Assembly: GCA_964016885.1 (NCBI GenBank)
Contig: OZ024742.1
Location: forward strand, 306,900,001 to 306,964,000
Origin: Eledone cirrhosa
Lineage: Eukaryota
DNA: 64,000 bases
Direction of reading: 5' to 3'
Shown here: in pieces, positions 41,507 through 55,153 of the stretch
Layout of the letters: each line of letters starts with the position of its first letter
How positions within the stretch are numbered: position 1 is the first letter of the stretch
Notes under the pieces: model-generated
Database searches by the model: none
Told to the model about the DNA's origin: nothing
The model's input: the letters and a program-made list of their open reading frames with translations, nothing else
Made by a program: the position numbers and the translations under genes

Positions 41507-43777
41507 TTAAACCTTATTTAATGTTGGTCTATATTTTTGAATAAACATATTTTCCTTATTTATTCGCATTTGTTCTGTTGTATTGTTAGCGCAAAGGTAA
41601 AATGGGAAGACTTGGAATTTGGGTGTCTTATTACTTGCGCAAATGTCTAGATGTGCACTTAGTGGTATCTGTCTCGTGGTTGGATCTCGTAATTGTTGGC
41701 GATGAACTGTCATTCTGTTTCTGAGTGTGAGTTTAGTTTGTCCTATATAATCTTCATTGCATCCTTTACATTTAATGGCATAAATTAGATTTTTTGATGA
41801 GCAAGTGAAGTGATTTTTTACAGTAAAATTTTGTCCTGATTTAAATGTATACGTGTTGCCTTCAATGAGGTGAGTGCAGGTTCCACAATTAGAGCGACCA
41901 CATTTTTTGATACTTGGTTGTGGGTTTGTGGTAGGTAATTTGGCATTGGTGAGTAATGTTTTCAGTGATTTTGGTTGTCTTTTGCTTTTGATTATTTTGT
42001 GTGTTTCAAGGGTTTTTTTCATTCTTGGGTTTTGTTTTAGTAGTGGGATGTTATTGTGAATAGTGTTGTAAGCTTCCGCATTTCTTGGGTTGTGTGTTGA
42101 GATATATGATAGAATATTGGACGTACCTTGAATTTGTTTCTGTTTCCGTAATTCATCAATGCCTATTGCTTTAGCCCTTTCTATTCCATTATTTATTAGT
42201 AATAGTGGGTACTCTCTCTCAAGTAGAATTTCCTTTAATTCTTGAAGTCTTTTATTTCGCGTTTCATAATTGGAGACAATTGTGCAAATTCTTCTTGCTA
42301 GGTTAAAAGGAATGTTCGTCTTCGTGTGCTTTGGATGGTTGGAGGTGAATAGCAGATGTTGTTTGGAATCTGTTGGTTTGTAGTGTATGTCAGTTTCGAT
42401 ATTTGTGTCTTTTTTTGTGATTAAGATGTCCAGAAATGGGAGTTGATCTTGGCTGTATTCCATTGTGAATTGGATGTGGTTATTGATGCCGTTTATTAAG
42501 TTTTTGAAATCCTTCAGTTGGTCGAGTGTGTGGGACCAAAGAATGAGGCAATCATCCAAGTAGCGTTTCCAATTCTCTGATAAATATTTGTGGAAGTTCA
42601 ATCCGTATTTTGATTTGGACTGTTCATATATCTGGACTTCTAAGTATGCCATGACTAAGTTGGCATAAGTTGGAGCGGCTTTTGTGCCCATCGCAGTCCC
42701 CGATATTTGCTTGTAAGTATTGCCATCGAAATCAAAAAAGTTGTTCTGTAGGATGAATTTTAATCCCTCAGTGATGAAGCTTTTTTCTATTCTGTCAGGT
42801 ATCTCATTGGGATATTTCTCTAGCCAGAATCCTATTGCTTCTAGTCCGTATTGGTGTGGGATCGTTGTGTAGAGATTCACTACATCGAAAGACACAATAA
42901 TAGTGTCGTTGTTGACATGTTTGGGGAGGTGGTTTAAGAGGTCCAGATCGTCTCTTACAAGGCTTGGTATGTGTTTCAGTATTGGTTTCAGTAGTATGTC
43001 TATAAAGTTGCTCAATCTGTGTGTTTCACATTGTGGGCCCGCTACAATTGGTCTTAATTTAAGGTCTGTGGGGTATTGTGTGTTCACGCAGGCTGAGGTG
43101 GATTGTTTACAGGCATCGTTGATTATTTTACATTTGTGGATCTTCGGAAGTCCGTAAAGGTTGCTGGTTTTGTATTCAAAATTTGTTAAATAATCGCGTT
43201 CCTTTTTAGTTAGGTCTTCCTGGTATCGATAAATCAGTGTGTTTAATTTGGTCATTATTTTTGATTGCTGGTAGTTTTTTACTCTTTCATAGTAATTAGC
43301 ATTTTGTAAGAGAGAGAACATAGAATTTTTATATTTTTCAGCCTCCATAATGACAACAGTACTTCCCTTGTCCACTTCCTTAATTACAATGTCCGGATTG
43401 TTTTTTAGTTCATGGATAATCTCCCATTCCCTTCGACTTGTGTTGGGTTTGGGTTTAGGTTGCGGTAGTTCATGGTATGGGAAGGTAGCTATGTGGTCAC
43501 AAAATTTGTCCAGAACTCTGTTTCTACCTTTTGTTGGGTTGTAGCTGCTTTTATTCCGTACAATTGATTCGTCGTTATTCTCCTTGTCAAAGAATTCCTC
43601 TGTGAGACGTAATTTTCTACAGAAGTGTGAGATATCGTCATTTATCTCGTTGGGGTTAGGATATTGTGGTGTTGGTATGAATTTCAGACCTTTGGAGAGA
43701 ATTTTTACTTGTTGGGCTGAGAGGTTTGTATTTGAAATGTTAATTATTTTCGGTTTTTCAAAATCGGTTTGTGCCAC
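41507..43777 (-). CDS. Penelope-like reverse transcriptase + GIY-YIG endonuclease
   Basis: 756-aa uninterrupted ORF with LSKGLKF.P, DKG..VV, LYGLPKIHK, LRPIV, FDVVNLYT, GTAMG, WKRYLDD, LPFLD, the CGRSNCGTC linker and NLIYAIKC..C...YIGQT..LRNRM..H. The true start probably lies upstream in the truncated low-complexity region 43780-44270. Confidence 0.95.
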   Translation of the reverse strand: MAQTDFEKPKIINISNTNLSAQQVKILSKGLKFIPTPQYPNPNEINDDISHFCRKLRLTEEFFDKENNDESIVRNKSSYNPTKGRNRVLDKFCDHIATFPYHELPQPKPKPNTSRREWEIIHELKNNPDIVIKEVDKGSTVVIMEAEKYKNSMFSLLQNANYYERVKNYQQSKIMTKLNTLIYRYQEDLTKKERDYLTNFEYKTSNLYGLPKIHKCKIINDACKQSTSACVNTQYPTDLKLRPIVAGPQCETHRLSNFIDILLKPILKHIPSLVRDDLDLLNHLPKHVNNDTIIVSFDVVNLYTTIPHQYGLEAIGFWLEKYPNEIPDRIEKSFITEGLKFILQNNFFDFDGNTYKQISGTAMGTKAAPTYANLVMAYLEVQIYEQSKSKYGLNFHKYLSENWKRYLDDCLILWSHTLDQLKDFKNLINGINNHIQFTMEYSQDQLPFLDILITKKDTNIETDIHYKPTDSKQHLLFTSNHPKHTKTNIPFNLARRICTIVSNYETRNKRLQELKEILLEREYPLLLINNGIERAKAIGIDELRKQKQIQGTSNILSYISTHNPRNAEAYNTIHNNIPLLKQNPRMKKTLETHKIIKSKRQPKSLKTLLTNAKLPTTNPQPSIKKCGRSNCGTCTHLIEGNTYTFKSGQNFTVKNHFTCSSKNLIYAIKCKGCNEDYIGQTKLTLRNRMTVHRQQLRDPTTRQIPLSAHLDICASNKTPKFQVFPFYLCANNTTEQMRINKENMFIQKYRPTLNKV

Positions 43778-45101
43778 CGGGTGTCGTGAGTCCTGTAGCC
43801 TTGGTCTAAAAAATGATTTTTCTGGAATGTTTTTTCATTGGTATTATTATATCTAATGGTATTTCCCCTGTTGTTGTGTGGTCTTGTATAGAAGTTTCGG
43901 ACGTATTGAGGTTCGGTTTGTTGATAGTCCGGGTTGTAGATTTGGTTCCTTTGTGTGGGTTGGGATCTATGGTTTTGGAACAGGCTCTGTGTGGGCAGGG
44001 GTCTACGGTTTGGGAATAGGTTTTGTGTGGGTTGTGATCTGCGGATCAGGTCCTGCCTTGTGTTCGGGGATCTTTGGTTTTTGTTAGTAGGGTTATAGTT
44101 TTGTCTATGGTTTCTGGGATTATCGTTATAGTTTTGCTGGGGCTATGTTGGACGTTTTGTTACTTTTTTTGTTATTTGTTGTGCATGTGGTGTGTGAGTT
44201 TTAGTTTGTTTTAAAAATGGGTTACCTGTATGTTGTTCATTTTTGAAGTCCATTTCGTAGTTGTTGAACCACACAATATATATATATATATATATTCTCT
44301 TCATCTTAACATGCTAACCATACTCCCACACACATAATACCCATACACACACATAACAACCCCCACACCTATAACACCCTCCCCATTTCTACTAATAGAA
44401 CCACTTTCCTACACACATATATATATACACACACACAAAATATATATTCTCTCCATCTAACATACTCGCACACACACACATAACACCCATATACACACAC
44501 ACACAACTCCCTCCCCCATCTCTACTAATAGAATCATCTTCCAATACACACATACACACACACACACATATATATACACACACACAAGCACACAAATAAA
44601 CACATATCTTCAGTCTCAATAGAAAATCTGAACTCTGACACCTGAACTCTGACAGCTGGCCATATTCACTGAACCAGAACATTTCTCCCAATCCCTTTTC
44701 CCTTGACCACTATCTCTCCATTGTCATAACATTCACTATAAAGACTACAGAATAGTTTTCCAAATAAGGGCGCAAAAATGTAATGAAAACTTGTTCACGT
44801 GACAGCCAAATTTCATTTATAACCAACCAAAAAAAAAGCCTTCGTGAGCCTCATTTTTTCAAGTAAAAAGAAATTCAAACACTCATATATGAAAAAACAA
44901 CCTGTGACAACCCCCCCCCCCTCTCTTATTTGAAGAACTATTGTAACGCGAACTGGCGCGAAATTTATTATAATTATTGACAAACCAATCAAATTACTTC
45001 TCGAAAAACCTGGCTTTCGAGCCACTTTTTCCATATAAAACAAGTAACATTTAGAGACCAACCAGATGTGAGAAAAACCACAGACCCTCCATCTCAACTC
45101 A

Positions 45102-45139
45102 CCTTTTGAAAAGCAGAAGAACTGCGAAACCAGTAAAGG
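45102..45139 (+). ncRNA. Minimal hammerhead, U3-A8 core variant (right arm)
   Basis: Same motif as 40423-40460, but the stem III palindrome CCGG reads CCAG here. Confidence 0.55.
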
Positions 45140-45270
45140 AACCAAATAAATATATATATTTTTTTTTAAAATAAGACTTCAGTTGCATTTTCGATTTCAT
45201 CCCTTTTTCTTTATACTTCCACTCGTGTAGGACACCTCGGTTATTTTTCATTTTGTAAAAAAAACCTCAC

Positions 45271-45443
<173 letters not shown>

Positions 45444-45491
45444 GTGACAAAGGCGCTGTGTGGTTACTAATACATATTATTTAGAAAACGT

Positions 45492-45672
45492 TGGATTGGC
45501 AGTATCGGTAAAGGGTCGGACGCCATGCTTTGACGCATAGAGTTACGGCCCTTGCCATTCTGAGTTCAAATCCCGCCGAGGTTAACTTTGCCTTTCATCC
45601 TTACGGGGTCGATAAAATAAAGTACCAGTAATGCACTGGATAATTGTTGGCCTTGTGCCAAAAGTAGAAACA
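45492..45672 (+). mobile_element. Full-length tRNA-type SINE with 16-bp target-site duplication
   Basis: A-box-like tggcagtatcgg and B-box gagttcaaatcc. TSD attatttagaaaacgt at 45476-45491 and 45673-45688. Confidence 0.92.
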
Positions 45673-45964
45673 ATTATTTAGAAAACGTAAGAGAAACACA
45701 AACATATGGAAACAGAGAGAGAGAGAGCGACAAATAGAGAGGGAGAAATATTTCTCTTTATTAAGAAAGGTCTTTCACGCCAGCGACCACTTGAAAAGCG
45801 ATACTTTTTGGACCATCGAATGTCGGCGAATCACTACAGCAAAAGAATAATCCCAGCTTTTGCATCGTCTATTTCACTGCAATAAATATTCTACATACTC
45901 TAAATACATACACAGATACACTCAGATTCACACAGTCATACACATACACACACAGATATATATA

Positions 45965-46053
<89 letters not shown>

Positions 46054-46639
46054 AAGGTGTTAGAGAGACACACGCACATACTCACGTATATACATATGCT
46101 TATTACTATATTTTGCGTATCTCCATCTGGGTGTATCTGCTCACGTTAATAACTGAAATTGAAATGATTCTGATCAGCGTTTATTGATCGATTCCTATCA
46201 CACTTGAATCTTTTGTCATGGAGTTTATAGAGTTGCGCAAAATTGACCTGTTAAACATTAATTTAAGCAGTACCGCATGCCGTTGGTTCTTAATATTCAC
46301 TTACGCTTCTCAAGTGATTATTCCTAGAAATGTGAATGTAGCATGGCCCAGTGTTTAAGAAGTTATCTTCCCAATCTTTACGTCCCACGTTCGATGCACT
46401 GCCTGGAATCTTTGAAAAGTATTTTTCACCATCACCTTTGACGCACACACACATACACACGCACGCACATACACACACACAGACATACATACACACACAT
46501 GCACACTCACATATACACACTCTCACATATACACACACATACATTCACATACGCCTCCGTCGTTTTCGACACTATGTGCTTCATTTGTTACATCAGCGGA
46601 AACAGCCTTTTCATGACTTTAATGTGTATGTGGCTGAGT

Positions 46640-46880
46640 AGTCCATAGGTACGTGTACCCTTAACATATTTCTTAGGAGGATTGAACGCGGTGCAGTGTG
46701 TGACAAGGCTGTCCCGTTCAATTATAGGTACAGTCCGTTCGACAAGCTTCCTAACAGTATCCGTCTACGCAAAGGGTAGAGACAAGGCTATGGTAAATGA
46801 CATTTGATCAAGACCCTGCTCAGTTGGATCGAACCCAGCATCTAATGGTTGCGAAACGAAGCTTGTAACCGCTTCCACTA
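46640..46880 (-). mobile_element. Decayed SINE of a second family (related heads near 15090, 30240, 46345, 48900)
   Basis: tRNA-like head ggtt..aagcttcgtttcgcaacca...gggttcgatcc on the minus strand, with similar heads at the other positions. Confidence 0.5.
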
Positions 46881-48329
46881 ACTAAATATAATAAATCAAT
46901 GCTTACATTCTCATATTCAATTCTAATTTATATTTTCGAGTTGTCTCCCTTCAACAGAATTATTTATTAAGTTAATGATGTTTTCTCACATCGGTTAAAA
47001 TTTTATTGAAACAAATTAGTCTTACTAGATTAACTCTGATATTTCTGAATTAACTAGGAAGCTTTATTTGTTTGATCTGTTATTATTTGTCTAACGATTG
47101 GTTGACTGGAATATCTCATGATATCACTTTACTTGTATGTTATGTTAATTAAAATATCATATTAATCTAAGTGTTATGAAAGCAAACAGAAACCTAGAAG
47201 CTAAGTGTCGGTAGTCACATATATGAATTCACAGATCTAATTTAATTACCCACTGTATATCTCTGGACATAGATACAGATACACCTAAGTAATGAGACTG
47301 CAATTAAGGCAATTTCTTTGTTTGAAAATAATAAAAAATGTTGCTTTCTTTAGGTTAGGCTCAAATCCATACAGAAAATGTAGTGCTCCGAAGATATTCT
47401 ACATATATTTGATTGTACTGTGCTTTAAAATCCCCTTGGAATTTCTCCTGCCAGCGCATGTACTGGCATTGAGAGTGCTCAACTAAAACATTTGAGCATT
47501 CGCATAAGAACTTTCCAAGTATATGACCTTTGTAAGCGGGTCTCGGGTTCTGTTTTGGGGGTTTATTTTTGTTTTTGTTTTTGTTCTTTTCAGTGGTAGG
47601 TGTTGATACTTGAATTCAGAGCGCACAAGACCGAGAAATGTTCCATGAAGTATCTCATTCGAGTATTTAATATACTGTAAATTCAGCAAATACATTGGTA
47701 CTTCGTTTATAGACACCGAAACGTCGAAAATGAAGTTCACTTCGATGGGATTTTCAACCAGATGTCAACTAGAGTGGTATGAAATAGCGAAATGTATATT
47801 TACGTCTGTTTAGAATTTCGATGTTGTTCTAAACGCACTGGGGTCGATTTAATCGGCTTTCCACTTCACTTCATATTGCTGGCCTTGGGCCAAATGTAGA
47901 CAGAAATATTGCTACTGTTGTTGTTGTTACTATTATACTTTTCTTTTTTTCGTTCTCTTTTCTTTTACTTCTCCTAATACTTTTCTTTTCAGTATCAACA
48001 TTATTATAACCGTCATTGTCATTGAGACAAGCGTAAGAGATGATACTGACGATGATAATGATGATGATGATGATGATGATGATGATAATGGTGATGATGG
48101 GGAGGGGGAGGCCGAGACCGGCGGGAGGAAGAGGAGGTCAAGGTCAAAGGGGGGAGGCTGAGGCGGGGGATGAGGATAAATGGGAATGGGGAGTTCTATC
48201 ATCTTCATCAGTAATATCATCATCATAATTATTATCATCAGTAGCATGAGTTCCATCATAAATTCGTCTTCTTTTTGCAAAGACATTTTCCCTTTAAACC
48301 ATCATAAGTTTCCCAGAAGCTTTGGGATT

Positions 48330-48490
48330 TTTCTTGTTCATACAATCACTACTCTCTTCCTGAATAAACATATCGGTCGATAAATTAACATTGGTTTCGC
48401 TTACTTGGCATATTCAGGTCTGAGACTTCCATTAGAAAGTTCTTCTGTCATCTGTCTTGGCAACTCCTACAACATGTCCTGTTATATATA
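48330..48490 (-). mobile_element. Decayed RTE-like 3' fragment
   Basis: GHVV motif followed by weak similarity to RTE C-termini. Confidence 0.3.
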
Positions 48491-48714
48491 GACCGCAATA
48501 AAACAACTCCTCCAGAATATGTGTCGTTGTTAGCTTAAATATCATTGCGTCATTTCATTCGAGATACTGTTGTTGTTTTCTGTTGCCTCCTTACTGCAGC
48601 ACGACAGTAAACACCATAATATCTCTTCTTTTATCCAGTAACTGTCTGAAGCTGAAGATATATAAAGACACGTTTACTGATGTTGTTGTGACTACTTTTA
48701 TTACTACATTGCTG

Positions 48715-48752
<38 letters not shown>

Positions 48753-48801
48753 GCTACTGCTGCTGCTACTACTACTATGACTACTATGACTACTACTACT
48801 A

Positions 48802-48849
<48 letters not shown>

Positions 48850-49343
48850 TTACTACTACTATGTGTGTCTGTATGTGTATGTTTGTGCATGCATAAATAT
48901 GGCTGGATGGTTAAGGAGTTTGCTTCGCAACCATGTGGTGGTGGGTTACTGTCCCGCTACAGGGCACATTGGGTGTCTTCTACCATAGCCTTGTGGTTGG
49001 AATGTTGTAGACGTGGGAGAAAAGGGAACAGAAACATCGAAATATACAAACACAAGGACAATTCCCGCTCGGTAGCTGTCTTCTGTGGATCATTATAGAT
49101 TCGGGTGCATTAAAGACTGGACTTTTCACCACAGTCATCAATAACTATTCCGGATAGCTATTCGGGAAGAAAGCAAAACGGACGTTGGACGATGAAAAAC
49201 AAAACAAAAAAGGCAACAAAGAAATATCGATGCATGCGCCGTCCCTGTCTGTGCTCACATTTGTGTTTGTGTTTATATCATATATCTTATAGATGTGACA
49301 AAATAATGGTCAATGAAATAAGTACTGCTGTCGATAGATTGAC

Positions 49344-49443
<100 letters not shown>

Positions 49444-49644
49444 CTATTTATTTGCCACCAGGGCATAAAAGATTGGGACAATTACAAAGGGGGGGGGGTT
49501 ACATACAATAAAACGAGTACAAAAATATAACAAACAAAATAAAACAATCGAAGTCCTCAATAGGGTCGCACACACACCCGAAAAAATGTGCAACCCTTCT
49601 CGGGAGCACAAAGAGAGGGTGCTCCCTTCTTCTATTCTTTCCAC

Positions 49645-52600
49645 CTACAGGCTGATGTAGAGAGAAGGCCCATTCACACGGTCCATTCTCGCCACTTTCA
49701 CCCACCTTTCATAAAACTGGCTGGGGTGGAGCACCTCTCTCTCCATTCTGATCCTTCTTCCGAAATGATATCGGAAGAAAAGGACCAGTTGTTGGCCGGA
49801 GAGAAAAGTGTCCGACCTTAGTCCTTTCAAACGCGTCCACCATACAACCTCTTTCACCAGGGCTATTACACAGAGGAAGACCGCCTCTCCTTCGTTTTTG
49901 AAGGGGGGCGGCGGATCGTAACAATGTATTTGGTGGTCAACCGGATTGGTCCCACCCGTGACAGCAGTCGTTCCACATAGGCCCACAGTTCGGCAACGCC
50001 CGGGCAGTGTACCAATGCGTGCGCGACGGTTTGCTCGTCGTGCACGCATCTCGTGCACGCATCTCGGACAGATCTTTTTCGAAGGGTCCCTACCCGGGCG
50101 CCCGTGTCTGTAGAGCTTGTCTCGAACGGGCAGAGCCCCACAGTAGCACTGCCAGGTCAGTTGTCCTATCGAACAGGCTGGCCAGTTCTTCCTCCTCCAT
50201 GCCTAGGGCTTCTCCGAGGGCGTCGTCGCACCTTCTGCCTACCAACCCTCTATAGAATGTCGAGGTGGAGTCTCCACTGATAGCTGGGTCCGCCTGCCAG
50301 AGAGCCGTGAGCGCCTGAGCACACTCCGTGTGCCAGGCGTCCAGTTTGCTCGGTCTTTGCTTGACCCAGGTTTGCAGCTTGGTAAACGAGACGAGTCTCG
50401 GAAAGGCTCGCCTCACAAACGGGGCCCACACCGGTTGACCGGTGAGGAATACCTGGAGTTGCCGTAGCCTTAATGCGTATTTACGCATCTGCAGCCACGG
50501 TATCCCCAGCACTCCTTTCGAAGGGTGTTGACAGCTGATGGATCTCCTCACGAAAGGAGCCTGCTTCTTCCAAAGGAATTGGAAGAGTGTTCCCTTGGGC
50601 AAGGCACGACGGTCAGGCGGTAATAGATGACGGACGCTATATAAGCGTTCGCCACCTCCGCCCAACCTTTCAGGGATAGTTTGCACTCAGCCCAATTCTG
50701 CGTCAGCGCAAACACCCTGTTCGTTACATCACCCCAGTTCTTCTCCACCTGGAGGTCTGTCCTGAACCAGACCCCGAGAAACTTCACCGGGCCCTCCGTC
50801 CAACGTCCGACGACGCCGTTGGAGGCCATCGGTTTGCCCCTCCACTCGCCGAGTTGCAAACCGACTGACTTGTCCCGGTTCAGCTTTGCCCCTGTAAACT
50901 TTTCGTATTCCTCCAGTAAGGTGCCGATCACCCCGATTTCCGAGGCGGTTGACACCATTACTGTCACGTCATCGGCGTAGGCCGACACCGCTTTCCGCAA
51001 TCCCGGTTCCAAAGGGATGCCCTGTAACAACTCCAACTTTCGCAGCAGTGGCTCTAGGGCCAATACATACAGAAGGGAGGAGAGAGGGCATCCCTGTCGG
51101 ATGGACCGCGTGATTTCGAACGACTCCGAGAGGTAGCCGTTCACCTTGAACCTAGAGCAGATGCGGCTGCTGTGCTTGGCAGTGATCCAGCCCCTGAAAA
51201 CGGGTCCGAAACCTGCCGCCACTAGCACCGCATTCAGGTAATGATGGTCGACCCTATCGAACGCCTTAGATTGATCCAAGTTGATCAGGGCTCCACCAAA
51301 GCGGGGTTCGTTCCCAACCCTCTCTGTGATGTATCGCATGAGATTGTCGTGAATGGACCTGGACGGGATGGCGCATGTCTGCGCATCTCCCACCAGGTTG
51401 CCCACGACAAGCGCCTACCTCTTTGCTAACACCTAATCTTTAACTCTGCATTTAGCAGGGTTATGGGCCTGAAATTACTTATTTCATCCCCCTTGTTCTC
51501 GTCCTTCCTCACTAGCGAGACTACGCCCTTGGTCACAGAACAGGGAATTCTCCCGTTCTGTTGCCAATTGCAGTAGACCGCCTCGAGGAGATCGAAGAAC
51601 AATTCCGGCATACTTAAGTACAGTTCGTATGGAAGACCATCGAGGCCCGGAGATTTGCGTCTGCCGCATTGGCTCAGCACGTCCCCTATTTCAGCAGCTG
51701 AGATCGGCCTTTCGCAGGACTTCACCTCCTCGTCTGAAAGACGCGGTAGGCCGTCGAGGTATGGACCGAAGTCAACATCCCCATCCGGCCCCCCGCCCCT
51801 TCCGAACAATCGGGCAAAGTGCCTTTGAAAGGCCTCGCACATCTGCTTAGGTTCAAGTATCACCCGTCCATCCTGGTCTCGCAAAGACCGGATAGTGGAT
51901 CTAATCCCACTTTTGGCTTCTGTCACGCGGGCCCAGCTAACAGCTTTGGTCCCCTCGTTTCCCAAGAGCACGTATTTTGCTTCGGACAACGTAGCCTTCG
52001 TGTTTCGCGTCGAAGAACTGGCCCAAGGCCGTTCTCGACGCTAGCATTCTGGGTACGTCGCCGCTTCTAATTGCCTCTTCTACACTATCTACCAACTCCC
52101 TTTCCTTCCTATTTCTATCTGAGGCTAACTCCTTACTAACTCCTATTGAAGCTACTCTAATCTCTCTTTTGAGAGAGCCCCACCACCTTCTGTTGACGAT
52201 GGCGCCCGTCAACCGCTCCTTAACTAAAGTACTAATCCGGTCCCTGTAAGCTTAACTTGTCGGTAAGGACAAGTTGAGCTTCCAGTAACCGGGTCCCTGT
52301 CTATGCGTTCTAACAAGGTTGACCATGGAGGTCACTAACGTGTGGTCTGAATAGCCAACCAAGAGCATTTCTGGACAACTTAAAAAGTCCCTATCCTTGT
52401 TTCTAACTAAGAACCTATATAGGTACGATCTAGATTGACCGCTATGGTTTGTCCAAGTCCAGGTTGGCACAGTCGGAAAATCTAGTCGCTATCTATCGGC
52501 CAGGTCGAATCGGCCGATTAAACCCTTGAGGCTGTTACAACCCCCTCTATCAGGACATGCCCCTACATAGTCCCAAAGTGCATCTAGGATACCATTCCAG

Positions 52601-53022
52601 TCCCCCACTAAAAGCAAGGAGCTGGACGTCCCTAGAAAAGTCTCCTGACGTTGGAAGAAGTCCGGCCGCGCTGACCCAAAAGGGGCGTAGGCAGCGACCA
52701 GCCTAAATGCTCCGCCTTCACCACTGCCAACGTCTAAAACTACCAGTCGACCCTCCGGGTCCAGGTGTACCGTCTGTGCGGCGAGACCCAGATGTTTTTG
52801 CAGCAGAACTACCACCCCACTCCCACCTCCGGGCTGACAGAGAGATGCGTGCATCTCAAAGTCGTCAAAGGTGGAGGCTAGCTGGCGCACGATGCTGATC
52901 CGGGCCTCGCAAATGACCATCACATTTATACAGCGTGACCTGAGGTCATTTAGAAGTTTTGCTTGCTTCCAATATGAGCCCAGGCCACGCACATTTAGAC
53001 AAGCCACTCTCAATACAGCCAT
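49645..53022 (-). pseudogene. LINE ORF2: APE endonuclease, reverse transcriptase and C-terminal Zn motif, with multiple frameshifts and stops
   Basis: LNVRGL, GDWN, TWT...SY.YR, SDH, GYWKLN, KSPGLDGLP, FRPITLLN, LDQSKAFDRV, IRQGCPLS, YADDV, FLGV, CTRC...TVAHALVHC. Confidence 0.93.
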
Positions 53023-53299
53023 GTTGGTGGCAAAGAGAAAAAGGAGGCACCTACCTCTCTGCGTCCCGGGGACCAGGCCGCACAATTTCCATGGGGGTGG
53101 GGAGGGGTGGTTGTGTGGGGTGGTGGTTTTTGTGGTGTGGGGACATCAGAGTGTGTTGGGGTTGGGATGTTTGGTGTGGTGTGGGTGTCTGGGGTGGAGA
53201 TGGGGAAATGTTTCAAGAAGACTCGATTCATTGGTTTTACACAGGGAGGGGGGCCACGTCCTCAGGAAAATTGTCTTTTAGTTCTATATAAATGTCTAT

Positions 53300-55008
53300 C
53301 GGAGTTTTAATCATTTTTAAAGAGGGGTTCTCTGTGTCCCTCGTGAAATTTGGCCCTTCGGTTTGCCCTGAAGAGTTTTCTTCAATTTTGTTTTAAGTAT
53401 ATTCAAGTTTTATATATATGTGTTGAAGTATGTGTATAGCAGTGTCTGTGTAATTTTTGTTGGTTTTTGTTCTGTATTTTTTTTACTTTTGTTTTGGGGA
53501 GGGGTTATTTTCCTTTGTGTGGGTGCGGTGTGTTTTCTTTTTTTCGCTTTATTTTTTGGAAGGGTTCCCCCTCGTCTTCTGACGTTAAGGGATCCTCTTC
53601 CATGTTGGAGGGGAGGGGTATATTTTGGGGTTTTGTTATATATGTTGTTGGAGTAGTTTTAGGTGGGGAGGGGTTGGGTGGGACCGTGTTCAGTTTTTTG
53701 TTGACTTGTTGTGTTTGTTGTTTTTGGGGTGGTGGTGGTGGTGGTGATTGTGTTTTTGTTTGTGGGATTGTTATGGGTGTGGAGGGGTTGGGTGGGTCCA
53801 TGTTCAGTTTTTTGTTAACTTGTGTTTGTTGTTGTTGTGGTGGTGGTGTTATTTTTGGAGGTGTTGGGTGTAAAAGTCTTTTAGTTTCTTGAGGACAGGC
53901 AGCCCTCAGGTGACCTCTGACTCCACAGAGGTAGCAAGCGGGCCGCCTACCCTCAACTGCAATGTTCATAAATTGGGAGCCTTCCAGGGACACTCTTTGG
54001 GGTATCTTTGCGATACGTTCTGGTTTCATTCGAACCAGAACCTGTATGCCTATACCGCCGAAGTGGCCCCTGGTGGCTTTGCCTATATCAAGGAATTCAT
54101 CTTCGTCGTCCAGTATCCTTCCTAGTATCCACCACATATTTGTATTTGGGTGTATACCGGAGATTGTTATTTTTTTAGTTTTCTTCCCCATGTAGGTGGG
54201 GACACAATTGGCGACACCGAGTATTTTTGGGCCACCAATTGGTCCTTCATCAAAATTATCAGACTCCCATATAACTTCCCTCTCTCAATAAAAATGATGT
54301 CCTTCAACGCGTCTTTTAACACCAGCTCAATTTTACTATGCGATAATTGAGCTGGATTTTTCGACGCATTTGATATAGTTCTAAAATGAATTGTCCTTAG
54401 GACCGTGTCTCTTTTAATGTCCTTAGGGGAGATTATGGTGAATTCACCGTTTTCACCAAAGCTCACCTGTTTTCTCCACTCTTTTAGCAATTCCGCTGCA
54501 TTACTGATGTCAACTGGGGTGAAAGTTTCGGTCTCCTTAATGACCTGGCCAAAGGATATTCGTGGAGTGGGATATTTTTTGTGTGTTTCGTTGCTGTTGT
54601 TTTTGTTTTGTTGGGTGTTTGCGTTTTGGTTGTTGTTGTTTGCGGTACAGTTTTTTGGGTTTTCACCCATTTTTTCGGGTTTTGAGTTCACATTTATGTT
54701 GTTTTCTTTGTCATTGTTGCTGCTGTTTTTGCTTTTGTGTGTGTTTGTGTTATTTTCTTTTTTATTTGTGTTGGTGTTGTTGGTATCAGTGTAATTTATA
54801 CATTCTTTATTTACTGTTTATACATTCTTTATTTACTGTTTCCATTGTTTGGGTTATTACCCAAGTTTTTACAATCGTTCGCCAAATCCACTTCCATACT
54901 CGATTTCGAAAGCGAGAGAATGGAAGCTTCAGTAGGTTGAGTTACTTGTTGCTCTTTATCACTTTCCCTGGGGAGCGTGGCAGTTGTGTTTTCATGTATG
55001 GTGTCCAT
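53300..55008 (-). pseudogene. LINE ORF1 (gag-like, single CCHC knuckle), frameshifted
   Basis: EGRRPACYLCGVRGHLRAAC followed by a Pro/Gln/Thr-rich duplicated segment. The ORF pieces 55080-54829, 54691-54167 and 54191-53505 are colinear. Confidence 0.85.
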
Positions 55009-55153
55009 TATTGTAAGTTGGTATACACATTTTTCAAAGTAGATTTTACCCCCAAAAAGGGGTAAAAATAAAATAACCACCCGTCAGCAAGTCCAAGCGG
55101 GAGGTTAGATCACACAAATAAAGTAAATGAAAAACAAACTCACAGTCAAAAAC

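Noticed and set aside
44925-44975. Second hammerhead-like motif in the element C arm (TTGAAGA...GAAA)
   Set aside because: Stem II does not pair convincingly.
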